This document shows positions 18,234-28,626 of a DNA stretch of 64,000 nucleotides, piece by piece. Within the stretch, counting starts at the first letter, position 1, and the number at the start of each line of letters is the position of its first letter. The position numbers and the translations under genes are program-made. This DNA comes from a virus (taxonomy: Duplodnaviria; Caudoviricetes): IMG/VR virus record IMGVR_UViG_2706795947_000001, positions 12,973 through 76,972 of that record; one strand, given 5' to 3'. The notes under the pieces were generated by a model, which ran no database searches, was not told where the DNA came from, and saw nothing but the letters and a program-made list of their open reading frames with translations.

Positions 18234-20761
18234 GTCGCATCATCCATCGGCCGAACCAGGCCGTAGACTACGGCACGGTCGAGACGAACGGCTCTGGAAA
18301 CGTACTCGGCGACAACAACAATAACACTCGGAAGCAGTATTACGAGGACTCGGGCAGTATCCTGCTGTACCCGACCTTCGATCCGACTGTCATCCCGCCG
18401 GGCCGGGAGATCATCGCAGTGCGCGAAGGTCACCGGCACGAGCAGGGTGGGTCGCTGATCGCACTGCACAACGGCTGGGTCATGGGGTTCCTGCGCATCT
18501 CCAACCAGCGGTTGGCTAACTCGCGAGGCTACAAGCAGGACGGGTACAGTACCACAGCTCGTGCCGTCGAAGGTCCGGCGATCTACAACTCGGCCTTCAA
18601 GCCCTGGGCGGCGTCCGACATCAACAAGATGACCACCGATGTTGGCGCAGCCACTGGCGAGTTCGGGCCGAACAAGAAGAAGCTGTGGTGCATCGCCACC
18701 GAGGCGTATATCGTTCTCGTACTGAACGATGATGTCGCAGTGCCGACGATCAACTACCCAGCGAACAACGCAACCATTGCCACCAGCTCGGTGGACTTCA
18801 AGGGCAACGTCACAGTCACTCAGGAAGAGCAGCCTGTTGCCTGCGTGTTCCAGGTCAGTCGGTCGTCGAGTTTCGATGACGACACCGTGGACACCTTCGT
18901 TGGTGGACTGGTGCAGACCGCAGGCCAGACGAGCAACTACGACTCGATCGTAGGCAGGGACTCGTACACAAACCTCGGTCCCGGCAAGTGGTACATACGA
19001 GTCAAGGGCAAGGACTACCGTGGAGTAGAGTCGGCGTGGGGTGCAACGACTTCGTTCACCATCACTCACGCTGCGCTGCCTGCTCCACAGATGACCAACC
19101 CTGCTGACGACGCTGTTCGCAACACTCCGTACGGATACCGCGAGGCGAACATTCCGAGCACGCCGCCGGGTGAGCGCTACGTTGGCATCGAGTGGCAGTT
19201 CTGTCAGGCGTCCGACTTTACCGGCACGATCGTGTCGTGGAAGAACAATAAGGTCGGACGCTACAACGCAGGCGTGATCGGATACTTCTCCGACCCTGAT
19301 CCCGAGGTACAGCCGGGACAGAACGGTGACAAGGTATCGACCGACGACCCGGATCAGTACCTGAAGCAGGGCACTTGGTACGCGCGTGCCAGGTGTGTTG
19401 ACGTGTGGAACCAGGTCGGCGCCTGGTCTACGGTCATTGACTTCACTGTCTCGCATCCTCCGGTTGTGAACGAGCCCTGGCCCAGCGGTGGCGCAGGCTT
19501 CGATGATGACGCGTTCCCTGTGCGCTGGCAGTTCGGCGACGCATGGAAGGGTGATACTCAGAGCGCCTACCGCGTGATCGTTCGCGACCCCTCGAACACC
19601 ACGGTCATTCACGACACCGGCAAGGTTGAAAGCCCCTTCAATAACGTGAAGGTGGTCATCCCCGACAACTGGAAAGAGCAGACGCTCAACCTGTCTATCC
19701 AGCTGTGGGATCGAGATGGCGTTGCCAGTCCTGTGTGGACCGGCACCTTCCGCCACTCGACCGCGCCCGTCATCACGCTGCCGTATCCAGCTCCCGACGA
19801 AGTCGTGATAACCGGCCAGCCGAACCTGACCTGGTCGGCGGTCTACGCCCCCGGTCAGTCTCAGAAGTCTTACCACATCGCTTTCATCCGACGTGATACT
19901 GGAGTTGTCGAGTGGAAGACAACCACGCATCAGCTGTCGACGAGCAACTTCTGGAACGCGCCTTCTGTTGTACTCAAGAATGTCTCGGCGTACCAGTTGG
20001 CGCTGACGATCACAGACACGCAGGACTTGTACACTACCCTGCTGCGGAACTTTAGCACGGACTATGTTCGGCCTCCGATGATCTACTGCTCGGCGTACAT
20101 CAGCAACTACGAGGAGGATGGCTACGTTCAGATACTGTGGCCAGCTACCGAAGTTGCTCCGCAGTTCGTTGAGTTCCGTTTGTATCGGCGCAACGTAGAC
20201 ATCCCTGGTTCCGAGTGGGAGCAGATCGGCACGGTCACCGACCCCGAGGTGTGGGAGTTCCACGATTGGAGCAGCTCGGGCCACTACCGCTACCAGTACT
20301 CGATCACGCAGGTGGTCATGCTGTACGGCGCGCTCGTCGAATCTCTGCCGGATGAGTATGGCGAGATACTCCAGATTCAGTCGAGCCACTACTGGTTGAT
20401 CGCTCCGGACAACGAATCGCTCAATACCAAGCTGTACCACATCACTGACGACAAGTACGTTCGTAAGATCGAGAAGAGTCGGCACACTATCATCGGTGGC
20501 GGCGAACGATTCAACTTCGGTAAGCCCATCGGCATTGAGGGTACGCTGTCGGGTCAGATCAAGGGCGGCTCGCCGGTGACCGTGCGTCAGGCTCGCGAGC
20601 GAATCGAGCGTATGCAGCTGGAGATGAAGTACTGCTACCTCCGCGACCCCTTCGGTAACTTCACCAAGATTGTGATTGACGACGTATCGGTCGGTCGCAT
20701 TGCAGGTGTTGGCACCTCTGAGTTCGTTGACATCGAGATTCCTTACATCGAGGTGAAGTGA
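18230..20761 (+). CDS. Minor tail protein with Fn3/Ig-like repeats
   Basis: Repeated WY.R.R..D....SAW motifs; follows tape measure. Confidence 0.8.
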   Translation: MSRIIHRPNQAVDYGTVETNGSGNVLGDNNNNTRKQYYEDSGSILLYPTFDPTVIPPGREIIAVREGHRHEQGGSLIALHNGWVMGFLRISNQRLANSRGYKQDGYSTTARAVEGPAIYNSAFKPWAASDINKMTTDVGAATGEFGPNKKKLWCIATEAYIVLVLNDDVAVPTINYPANNATIATSSVDFKGNVTVTQEEQPVACVFQVSRSSSFDDDTVDTFVGGLVQTAGQTSNYDSIVGRDSYTNLGPGKWYIRVKGKDYRGVESAWGATTSFTITHAALPAPQMTNPADDAVRNTPYGYREANIPSTPPGERYVGIEWQFCQASDFTGTIVSWKNNKVGRYNAGVIGYFSDPDPEVQPGQNGDKVSTDDPDQYLKQGTWYARARCVDVWNQVGAWSTVIDFTVSHPPVVNEPWPSGGAGFDDDAFPVRWQFGDAWKGDTQSAYRVIVRDPSNTTVIHDTGKVESPFNNVKVVIPDNWKEQTLNLSIQLWDRDGVASPVWTGTFRHSTAPVITLPYPAPDEVVITGQPNLTWSAVYAPGQSQKSYHIAFIRRDTGVVEWKTTTHQLSTSNFWNAPSVVLKNVSAYQLALTITDTQDLYTTLLRNFSTDYVRPPMIYCSAYISNYEEDGYVQILWPATEVAPQFVEFRLYRRNVDIPGSEWEQIGTVTDPEVWEFHDWSSSGHYRYQYSITQVVMLYGALVESLPDEYGEILQIQSSHYWLIAPDNESLNTKLYHITDDKYVRKIEKSRHTIIGGGERFNFGKPIGIEGTLSGQIKGGSPVTVRQARERIERMQLEMKYCYLRDPFGNFTKIVIDDVSVGRIAGVGTSEFVDIEIPYIEVK

Positions 20762-22989
20762 TGCCGCAGCCACCTCGGGAAGATATTCAGCGGGCATTTG
20801 TTGCGCCTACAGTTCAGGTCATTCGACGTATCGAGATCTATGAAGAGGATGGTACGACACCCTGGAAGCAGGAGCTCTGGGATGACATACTTATCAACGG
20901 TACAGTGAGTCTCGACTACAACCGTGACGAGCGCCGCGCACTGGATTGTGAGCTCGACAACTCCTATGGCGACCTCGATCCGCAGCACGGTGGGCTGTGG
21001 TACGACAAGCGATTCAAGCTGTTCTACGGCATAGAGCTCGACCAGGATGACCGTGGGGTTCGGGCGGTGATTGTTGAGGAGTACCTCGCTCCCGGCCAGG
21101 CGGCGGCATTGAAGCAGCACCTGTCAGCGCATGGGATCAGCGAGGTTCACTTCCTGCCTTCGGCCACTGACTATGCGCACGTTCAAGATTACGACGTGAT
21201 CGTCGCCATCTCTTCGACGAGCCTGCAGAAACTTTCCCTACTTAATCAGTGTTACAGCAAGGGTAAAGGAATTGTTACCTTTGCTAATGACCAGACATCC
21301 GCGTCGATGCCGTCTATGATAGGTAGTGCGGGCGCGGCAACGGTCCTCGCTGGCCAACAGCTTGCCTATGCTCCAATCAACGGGGCATCCGACCTATCCG
21401 TGGGGTGGGACGGTTGGAGTTCGAGTGACGATTCAGAGAACCTGGTCACATGGGGTGGCAAGGGGTTCGAGGATTTCAACCTTGGATTCCCAGGGGCAGG
21501 CGGGGCTGGCGCAACTATTGTGCAGATTCCCGATGGCCCTTTCGGGAATACCACAAAGGTGTATAACACTCCCTCGGTGGGGGCTTACGTGTCGAGCCCG
21601 GCACTGTTCACCTACAACGGACTCTCGAGTGACACATTTTACTTTGAGGCGTGGGTAAGGAAGACGACACCTGGGGTCACCGGCGGCATTGCGCTTGTCC
21701 GCAGGACGACAGAGCCTGGCGGTGCGAACCCGAACTACTCTGCTATCGGCATGAACCTGAGTGCTATGGTTCAGAATCAGTGGTACAAGTTGTCGGGTAC
21801 TGTGTCGATGAGTGCAACACGCACAGTCCTGAACCCTTATGTTCAGGTGGGGAACAACGTTCCGGCGGGCGAGATCATTCAATGGGATGACGTTTTCGTG
21901 AAGAAGATTGATCCCGAGGATTCGTACCGTAAGATTCTGTCACCGGCCGCAGGGGCGCAGACCGTCGCAACACTGAGCGATAGCGTCAACGGAGACTCGG
22001 TGGGAGCTGTGTCAAGGGTTGGGTCGGTGGGCCAGCGCTGGGTCCACACTGTCGCGTCGGACTTCACGGCACCCACCCTGGCTGGAGACTACGAGAGCTT
22101 CGGTCGCTACGTTTCACGCATCGTGTCGTGGGCCTCATCGTATGAGGCGCTCGATTACTGGGAGATTCAGCTCGGCGAGTTCATGGCCGACTCTATCTCA
22201 CTCGGAGGTTCCTATGCAACGGTCTCGATCTCAGGGCGCGATCTCACTAAGCTGTGTCAGCAGTCGAAGTTTGTAGCCTCGACTACGTTCACCAAGAACA
22301 CACCTATCGAGAGCGTCGTCAAGACCGTCGCAACGAACGCAGGGATTTCCAAGTTCAAACTGCCGATCACCGGCAAAGTCCTAGACAAGGATATGACTTG
22401 GGAGCGAGACACTGCTCGCTGGGATGTGATTCGTGATGTATCAAACTCAAACAGCTACGAGGTCTTCTTCGATAATGAAGGCTATCTTGTTATGCGTGAG
22501 TTCCGTGATCCACTCACCACTCCGGCCACTCTTGAGCTTAGCGTTGGCGTGGGAGGTAATCTCATATCTCGTGGCGGGAAGACCTCCGACGCAAATCTTT
22601 TCAATCACATTGTTGTTGTTGGCGAATCTTCTGATTCATCGACTCCACCTGTCTACGCAGAGGCAATTAATACTGCAGCGACTTCGCCAACCAGTGTGCA
22701 AGAGATTGGCGACCGGGTCTCCATAATCACATCGAGCCTGGTTACCAGCATCGCGAAAGCCCAAGAGTACGCCAATGCACTCCTCGCCGTGTCGGCGCTG
22801 GAGGAGTTCGAGCTCTCCTTTGAGTCGACCCTTCTTCCGTGGATTGAGGTCGGCGACATAGTCGAGATGAAAAATTCTGATGATCGTTACTGGGGACCAG
22901 ACCGTTACTTGATGACAAGTCTGACGTTCCCGCTTGACCTGAATCCCATGTCAGGTGCAGGTAAGAGAACGGAAAAGGTGGAGGGGTAG
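20758..22989 (+). CDS. Minor tail (hub-like) protein with inserted carbohydrate-binding-like domain
   Basis: Synteny; internal FYFEAWVRK...NQWYKLSGT...WDDV module. Confidence 0.75.
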   Translation: MMPQPPREDIQRAFVAPTVQVIRRIEIYEEDGTTPWKQELWDDILINGTVSLDYNRDERRALDCELDNSYGDLDPQHGGLWYDKRFKLFYGIELDQDDRGVRAVIVEEYLAPGQAAALKQHLSAHGISEVHFLPSATDYAHVQDYDVIVAISSTSLQKLSLLNQCYSKGKGIVTFANDQTSASMPSMIGSAGAATVLAGQQLAYAPINGASDLSVGWDGWSSSDDSENLVTWGGKGFEDFNLGFPGAGGAGATIVQIPDGPFGNTTKVYNTPSVGAYVSSPALFTYNGLSSDTFYFEAWVRKTTPGVTGGIALVRRTTEPGGANPNYSAIGMNLSAMVQNQWYKLSGTVSMSATRTVLNPYVQVGNNVPAGEIIQWDDVFVKKIDPEDSYRKILSPAAGAQTVATLSDSVNGDSVGAVSRVGSVGQRWVHTVASDFTAPTLAGDYESFGRYVSRIVSWASSYEALDYWEIQLGEFMADSISLGGSYATVSISGRDLTKLCQQSKFVASTTFTKNTPIESVVKTVATNAGISKFKLPITGKVLDKDMTWERDTARWDVIRDVSNSNSYEVFFDNEGYLVMREFRDPLTTPATLELSVGVGGNLISRGGKTSDANLFNHIVVVGESSDSSTPPVYAEAINTAATSPTSVQEIGDRVSIITSSLVTSIAKAQEYANALLAVSALEEFELSFESTLLPWIEVGDIVEMKNSDDRYWGPDRYLMTSLTFPLDLNPMSGAGKRTEKVEG

Positions 22990-24986
22990 TGGCTACAGGA
23001 TTTGGCGACTGGGGTAACAGCGTCAAGGTTCATAGTGTACTGCGTGAGATTGCCCGGAAGGAAGTGGAGCGACTCCGTCCTGCGCCACGCCTCGCTGAGG
23101 TTGTGAGCATTGACCATGATGAAAAGAAAGTCATGGTCAAGTTCATTGGCGAGACAAACGTGGTGCCTGTGCCTTACACTTCCACCGCACCTGCGAATGT
23201 GGGTCAGTGGGTTCGTATCGGTGGCACGACTCACGATCGCTATGTCGAAGATGTCATCGGCACTACGCTCACCGAGGCTCGGCTGGAGACGGCGGAGAGT
23301 CGAATCGGCTCGCTCATGGAGAGCGTCGTAGGTGAGGGCTGGGAAGACGAGGACGACGGCGAGCCCGGTACGTTCACTGGGATCATCAGCCAGTACTTCG
23401 GCGGCATCGAGGAGAATGCAACCGAGGCCCTCGGACTGGCCGGCCAGGCGGACACCAAGGCTGGTCAGGCTCAGACGACAGCAGAGAACGCACAGACCAC
23501 GGCGAGCAATGCGCAGACTACAGCTGACAATGCGAACACTACCGCAGGCCAGGCGCAGCAGACTGCTAGTGATGCCAGTGCGGCTGTCGGTGGCGCAGTC
23601 ACCGCAGCCGAGGACGCCGACGAGAAGGCAACCCTCGCGCAGCAGATAGCCCAGCACATCACCGACAATATCAATGCGCTCGGTGAAGGCGTTGCGGCTG
23701 GTACCGCAGGTGTTGCGAAGGTCTTCGATACGATCGCTGGCATCTTCACGACAGCAAGCGAAGCGCAGCAGAAAGCGGTAGATGCACAGACCGCACTGCA
23801 AAACCTGATTAACCAGAACGAAGGCGCGGCGGCAGGCGGTAGGTCTGGGCAGGACAACTTCGACCGCCCGAACTCATCTACCCTTGGTTCAGGATGGGTT
23901 TCTACTGCATACGGAAACATCCGTGCAGGTATCGACGCGAACGGTCGAGTAAACTTTCCGTTCGCCACTAACCCCAGCGGTGATGTGGGTGGTCTCATCT
24001 ACCACCAGTGGGCTGGGGAGACTTCGGTTGGCGACTACTTCCAGAGTACGATTGTTTTCGGAACTGCATTCAGTGGTAACGGCAGTCCGTTGGCGTATCT
24101 GTTCAATCGTTGGGACGGACTGTTCGGCACAGACAACGGCGTCAACACCACTCCTCTGAACTGTTGGGCAGTGCGTATCACACGCACAGGTGGTCTCACG
24201 CTCTACCGAGTTGTCAATGGAGTGATGACCTCGGTGGGTACAGGTGACGTAGCAAACATCAAATCAGGTGATGCCATCTCCCTCCGCTGCGGATCGCTCG
24301 CTGGCCCCGGCAACATCTCGGTCGTGGTCAACGGTCAGGTCGAGATAGCTTACCCAGACCCTGGCACAGGGATGATCGGTGCGAACTACCGCAAGCATGG
24401 GTTCTCGGGCTTCGCGGAGAACCAAGGCTTCCTCGGCTGGCAGCAGCCTGCGAGTGTCGCATCGTACAACTGGTCAGACATTCCCGGCGGAAACATCGTG
24501 CTCGGCAAGGGATTCCGCTTCGGTAGAACTACGGTTGCCAACCTTACTCAGGTGGTAAACGCACAGGTGCCGACGACCACATTCCAGACTGCAGTTTACA
24601 GCGAGTCGTGCAAACCACTCGCCGGCTCTACGCTCAATGCTGCACGCGGCGAGTTCGCCATCCCCTACGAGGGGTGGTGGGACTTTGAGTTCGGTTTCTA
24701 TGGCTACACAGTCAGCCTCTCGTCTGGTGCGTCTACAGTTCTGGAGCCGGTACTCTACAACGGGCAGGGCGCACTCTCGACAACCATCCCCATGCGCATG
24801 TCGAAGATTACCAACGGCGGCAGCACTGCAGCACGCACACAGATACAAGAGGTTGCCAAGTTCAGGAAGTACTGCCTTGTAGGCGAGCGTGTAGCTCCCG
24901 GCTGGGGTGCGACACGTCTCGACTACATGACCGCAGATGCAGGTGGACACACCTGTTACTTCAATGGAGTTCTACTATCACCTTAG
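22989..24986 (+). CDS. Minor tail / receptor-binding protein
   Basis: AQTTA coiled-coil repeats, DNFDRPNSSTLG motif, beta-rich C-terminus. Confidence 0.75.
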   Translation: MATGFGDWGNSVKVHSVLREIARKEVERLRPAPRLAEVVSIDHDEKKVMVKFIGETNVVPVPYTSTAPANVGQWVRIGGTTHDRYVEDVIGTTLTEARLETAESRIGSLMESVVGEGWEDEDDGEPGTFTGIISQYFGGIEENATEALGLAGQADTKAGQAQTTAENAQTTASNAQTTADNANTTAGQAQQTASDASAAVGGAVTAAEDADEKATLAQQIAQHITDNINALGEGVAAGTAGVAKVFDTIAGIFTTASEAQQKAVDAQTALQNLINQNEGAAAGGRSGQDNFDRPNSSTLGSGWVSTAYGNIRAGIDANGRVNFPFATNPSGDVGGLIYHQWAGETSVGDYFQSTIVFGTAFSGNGSPLAYLFNRWDGLFGTDNGVNTTPLNCWAVRITRTGGLTLYRVVNGVMTSVGTGDVANIKSGDAISLRCGSLAGPGNISVVVNGQVEIAYPDPGTGMIGANYRKHGFSGFAENQGFLGWQQPASVASYNWSDIPGGNIVLGKGFRFGRTTVANLTQVVNAQVPTTTFQTAVYSESCKPLAGSTLNAARGEFAIPYEGWWDFEFGFYGYTVSLSSGASTVLEPVLYNGQGALSTTIPMRMSKITNGGSTAARTQIQEVAKFRKYCLVGERVAPGWGATRLDYMTADAGGHTCYFNGVLLSP

Positions 24987-24995
24987 GAGTGTGAA

Positions 24996-25256
24996 GTGAT
25001 CGAACAGAAAATGGTTTACTTCGATAGCCTGCCGGGTGTGGCGATTCGCCTGACGCGTGGGCACGAAGAGTTCGGAGATGACTTCATCACCGCCGAAGCC
25101 TTCGACGAGAACATGAACCTCATCCCCGGAGGTGGTGGCGGATTCCGTGGACCTTCACCCCAGCCGCCGGTGATCGTGGAGCAGGAGCCAGAGCCCGAGT
25201 CCCCAGAGGTGGCACCCGAGGAGGTAATGTACGCCAGCGAAGAGGGTAATGCTTGA
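24996..25256 (+). CDS. Small acidic hypothetical protein
   Basis: AGGAG SD before GTG. Confidence 0.65.
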   Translation: MIEQKMVYFDSLPGVAIRLTRGHEEFGDDFITAEAFDENMNLIPGGGGGFRGPSPQPPVIVEQEPEPESPEVAPEEVMYASEEGNA

Positions 25257-25282
25257 CCTGTGGTACTAACGCCTGCTATCAT
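25253..25282 (+). promoter_or_regulatory. Putative lysis-cassette promoter with GTGGTACTA in spacer
   Basis: TTGACC-18-TATCAT with TGn extension. Confidence 0.55.
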
Positions 25283-25306
25283 GAGCAGATCTTACCAGGA
25301 GGTAGT

Positions 25307-25774
25307 ATGACCAACAACTTGCCACAGGCTCCCGGTTCGGTGCCGGTTGCCCCGCCGAACATCTTCAACGCTCGCTCGAAGAACGACTTCATCGCGCTGC
25401 TGTACTACTTCATTCCGCTCACGATGGGCATTCTCGTTCTGTACGGAGCGCTCGACAACAACACCGCGCTCTTCTGGGGCGGTGCAGTAACCTCGCTGAT
25501 CCAGCTGGTGTTCCAGTACACCCGCACCGAGGAGTTCGCAAGACGCGCGATCTACCTGGTGCTGAACCTCGTGAACGCCGGACTCCTGATCTACGTCGCG
25601 GGCTGGAGCCCGCAGCATCTCGAGAACCTGATGCCCCTGCTGTCCCTCATCCTGGGCGGCAGCGCCGCAGGTATCGCCAGCCAGAACGTGAACACCTCCG
25701 GTGACGGCACTGTCGTCCGCGTGGTCGAGGGTTCAGTGGTCGACGAGCCCCCGAACGCCTCCGGACTGTACTAG
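25307..25774 (+). CDS. Holin (about 4 TM helices)
   Basis: AGGAGG SD; hydrophobic segments ending G.A..NV; upstream of lysins. Confidence 0.7.
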   Translation: MTNNLPQAPGSVPVAPPNIFNARSKNDFIALLYYFIPLTMGILVLYGALDNNTALFWGGAVTSLIQLVFQYTRTEEFARRAIYLVLNLVNAGLLIYVAGWSPQHLENLMPLLSLILGGSAAGIASQNVNTSGDGTVVRVVEGSVVDEPPNASGLY

Positions 25775-25786
25775 TCAAGAGGTACC

Positions 25787-25829
25787 GAACAATCGCGGAT
25801 CAGGTCCCCTCCCTGATCCGCGATTGTTC
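25787..25829 (+). terminator. 18-bp perfect stem-loop
   Basis: GAACAATCGCGGATCAGG-7nt-CCTGATCCGCGATTGTTC. Confidence 0.7.
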
Positions 25830-25851
25830 TATCAACAGCTAGGACAAAGAC

Positions 25852-26175
25852 ATGATCGTCTATCACAGAAACAACTACAAGCCGGACTCGTACCCCGAGA
25901 CCGAGGATCACGTTCGCCAGCACATCTCGTCGGTAGCCAGCGAGACGGATGATCCGCGAGAGTTCTACGACGATGTCGAGATCGAGACCAGCGAGCTCGA
26001 CGGCGGTGGCATACGTGTCTACGGACAGCTCGACCGCGATCCTGCCTGCGACTACAGCGTGCCGGATGACTTCGAGATGCCCGACGAGTCCCAATACCAA
26101 CAGGGCTTCGGCGTTCGCGAGATGACTCCGGTCGAACTCGAACAGCACTTGATCGAGAAGGAGAACCGCAAGTGA
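25852..26175 (+). CDS. Acidic hypothetical protein in lysis cassette
   Basis: AGGA SD; GTGA overlap with the amidase gene. Confidence 0.7.
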   Translation: MIVYHRNNYKPDSYPETEDHVRQHISSVASETDDPREFYDDVEIETSELDGGGIRVYGQLDRDPACDYSVPDDFEMPDESQYQQGFGVREMTPVELEQHLIEKENRK

Positions 26176-26804
26176 ACGGAGTCGCAATCGTCGGCGCCAT
26201 CGCGCGCAGGTTTGTCGAGCTTGGCGGCAAGTCCGTCTACACGCGGGGCTGGGAAGGTCGAGGTAACGGTCAGTCGCCCGCATACAAGGGCCTCGTTATT
26301 CACCACACTGCCGGAGGTCGCAATGTCAACATCGACCAGATCCTCATCGACGGACGCTGGGACCTTCCCGGTCCGCTTTGCAACTTCTGCATCATGTATG
26401 ACGGAGACCTTGGCGTCATCGCTGCGAACCCTGCGAACCACGCTGGTGCGAGCGGCGGCTGGGATACTGCGCCGCTTCCGCGAACGGGGCTCTTCAATCG
26501 GGAAGTCCTGGGTTGCGAAGTTCAGTACCCCGGCGTCGAGCCGATGGCCCAGGTTCAGTACGAGTCGGCCAAGCGCCTCTCCGTTGCAACGATGGAGGTG
26601 CTCGGTCGCCCCGGCCAGTTCGACCGGGTGAAGTTTCACCAGGGCACATCCATTGAAGGAAAGTGGGATCCTGGTTACGCAAACGGCAAGACCTACGGCA
26701 TCACCCAGTTCCGCAATGATTGCCGAGGTATGCGTCAGGGCGAAGACGAGAACAGCGCAGACTGGCTTGACAACCAGCGTCAGCTGTTCGGGTACCCGCA
26801 ATGA
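26172..26804 (+). CDS. Lysin A part 1: N-acetylmuramoyl-L-alanine amidase
   Basis: VIHHT...ANHAG...LGCE...H...KWDPG amidase motifs. Confidence 0.88.
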   Translation: MNGVAIVGAIARRFVELGGKSVYTRGWEGRGNGQSPAYKGLVIHHTAGGRNVNIDQILIDGRWDLPGPLCNFCIMYDGDLGVIAANPANHAGASGGWDTAPLPRTGLFNREVLGCEVQYPGVEPMAQVQYESAKRLSVATMEVLGRPGQFDRVKFHQGTSIEGKWDPGYANGKTYGITQFRNDCRGMRQGEDENSADWLDNQRQLFGYPQ

Positions 26805-27637
26805 CCACGCGCTACCACCCCCTGAAGAAAGGGTACGTGGTAACCAGTCCGTTCGGTTGGCGCGCGTGGGACAACGCAGTGCATTACGGAATCGACTTCG
26901 GAGCCTCTAACGGTACCGCCGCCGGATGGGACGTGTATGCCATACAGGCTGGCACGGTGTTGCATTCGGGCGCAGCGATCGGCTACGGTGGCCCGGACCC
27001 GGCAGGCTGGATCGTGGTTGATTCGGACAACTCGCAGGGCAGTGGCGTGTTCGAGTACGGCCACATTATTCGCGAGAGCTGGGTCAGGCCAGGAGCCAGG
27101 GTCTCTGCCGGACAGAAGATCGGTCGGGTCAACGGGTCGAAGCTGACCAACGGTAATGTTGACCCTCATCTCCATGTCTCGTACATGCCCTACGAGTACA
27201 ACCCGAGCAAGAAGAAGGACTTCGCTCCGCTGCTGCGGGACGCGAGGTACGCGGGCACCGCGCCCGCTCCAGCGCCAGCTCCCAAGCCGGTGCCGAACGA
27301 AGGAGGAACCGTGAGTCATGCATCGGATGTTCGCATCCAGCTCCGAGGACCAGGCGACAACGGGTGGACCGGCCTGGCTCCACAGCCCGACGAACAGGGC
27401 AACCGTTTCAGCATCTTCAAGGGCAAGAACGTCACCGCCCAGACGGTGGTTGAGGGCCTCGCGACCGTGATCTTCGAGCTCACCTATCGACTGCCCAAGG
27501 CAGGCCGGGGCTTCGACGATTACAGCAAGCGCAAGGGCGACACCGTCCTCGGCCTGGCCGGAAATGCGGCTGCCATCGCCGCCGAGAACCAGGTGATCCT
27601 CAAAGACATCCAGCGCAAGCTCGACGCGCAGGGGTAG
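26801..27637 (+). CDS. Lysin A part 2: M23 peptidase with C-terminal domain
   Basis: HYGIDF...YGH...PHLH motifs, PA linker. Confidence 0.88.
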   Translation: MTTRYHPLKKGYVVTSPFGWRAWDNAVHYGIDFGASNGTAAGWDVYAIQAGTVLHSGAAIGYGGPDPAGWIVVDSDNSQGSGVFEYGHIIRESWVRPGARVSAGQKIGRVNGSKLTNGNVDPHLHVSYMPYEYNPSKKKDFAPLLRDARYAGTAPAPAPAPKPVPNEGGTVSHASDVRIQLRGPGDNGWTGLAPQPDEQGNRFSIFKGKNVTAQTVVEGLATVIFELTYRLPKAGRGFDDYSKRKGDTVLGLAGNAAAIAAENQVILKDIQRKLDAQG

Positions 27638-27640
27638 GGA

Positions 27641-28087
27641 ATGGCCAGGGGGGTTGGGCCATTCAAGAAAGTCCCGGAGGCCCGCGACAAGGTAGACGCC
27701 ATGCGGGTCTTTCTCGTGATCGAGGCCTACGCACTTTGCCTGTTCGCTACCTACTACGGTCTACTGACATTCTGGTTTAGCGATAGCCTGTGGCCTCCAG
27801 GCAGGAGTGCCTCGTCAGTGCCGGGAGCCCCAGAGTCCTGGGGAGTTGCGGTAATCATTATCGCTGTGCTTACCATGATCGCTTCTTCGCGGAGGTTGAG
27901 GTGGTCTAAGTACGTGTCATGGACAATGAGAACGATGTGTATGGTGTGGGGAACTTTCTCCATCACGTTCTTCATTGACATCATGAATGGAGCGCCACCA
28001 ACAGCTTACCCGCCAATGGGATCGTACCTCCTCCTGGCAGTGGTGTGCGCTAACAGAGCAAGCCTGGAGGATCAATGGAGAGAATGA
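27641..28087 (+). CDS. Membrane protein (about 4 TM)
   Basis: Hydrophobic helices; after lysins. Confidence 0.7.
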   Translation: MARGVGPFKKVPEARDKVDAMRVFLVIEAYALCLFATYYGLLTFWFSDSLWPPGRSASSVPGAPESWGVAVIIIAVLTMIASSRRLRWSKYVSWTMRTMCMVWGTFSITFFIDIMNGAPPTAYPPMGSYLLLAVVCANRASLEDQWRE

Positions 28088-28626
28088 AGCGCGCCATACG
28101 TGCTGGCGCAGGTACATTTCGCAAGACAATACGAGCTGTATTTGGTCACACGAGGATCGTTGCTTCAGGCTCATACCCGCTGTATAGACTCATCTGTATC
28201 GCGGGAGTCATATCCGCCATACTCACCTTCGCATACAGGACTTGGCCTGCGTCGTTCACAGAGACGACAGACGGCAACATGGTTGCCGGGATACTGTTCG
28301 CTTCGATGCAGCTGATCGGATGCTTGTCGGTACTCATCGGCATGTACTTCCATGCGGACACTGATCCGCTACCATCGAAGGTGCAGACGTCACTCGCGAT
28401 CGAGCGATTCGGAACCTGGCTTCTGATTCCAGTGATCGCAGTGTACACATACGGGGTAATCAAGTCCAACGGTGGACCACCTACCACATGGGCAACGCTC
28501 GCCCTGTTTGCCTTCGGTGTATATCTAGTGCTCCGGTCCATCGAGATCAAGGGAGCGCTTGAGGAGGTGCAGCGTCCAATTGAACAGTGCAATGGACACG
28601 ACTGCAAGGAGCTGAGGAGTGAATGA
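28075..28626 (+). CDS. Membrane protein (about 4 TM)
   Basis: Hydrophobic helices. Confidence 0.7.
   Translation: MERMKRAIRAGAGTFRKTIRAVFGHTRIVASGSYPLYRLICIAGVISAILTFAYRTWPASFTETTDGNMVAGILFASMQLIGCLSVLIGMYFHADTDPLPSKVQTSLAIERFGTWLLIPVIAVYTYGVIKSNGGPPTTWATLALFAFGVYLVLRSIEIKGALEEVQRPIEQCNGHDCKELRSE

Noticed and set aside
18080-20797. 905-aa antisense ORF
   Set aside because: Mirror frame of the minor tail gene with typical V/R/D/L shadow composition
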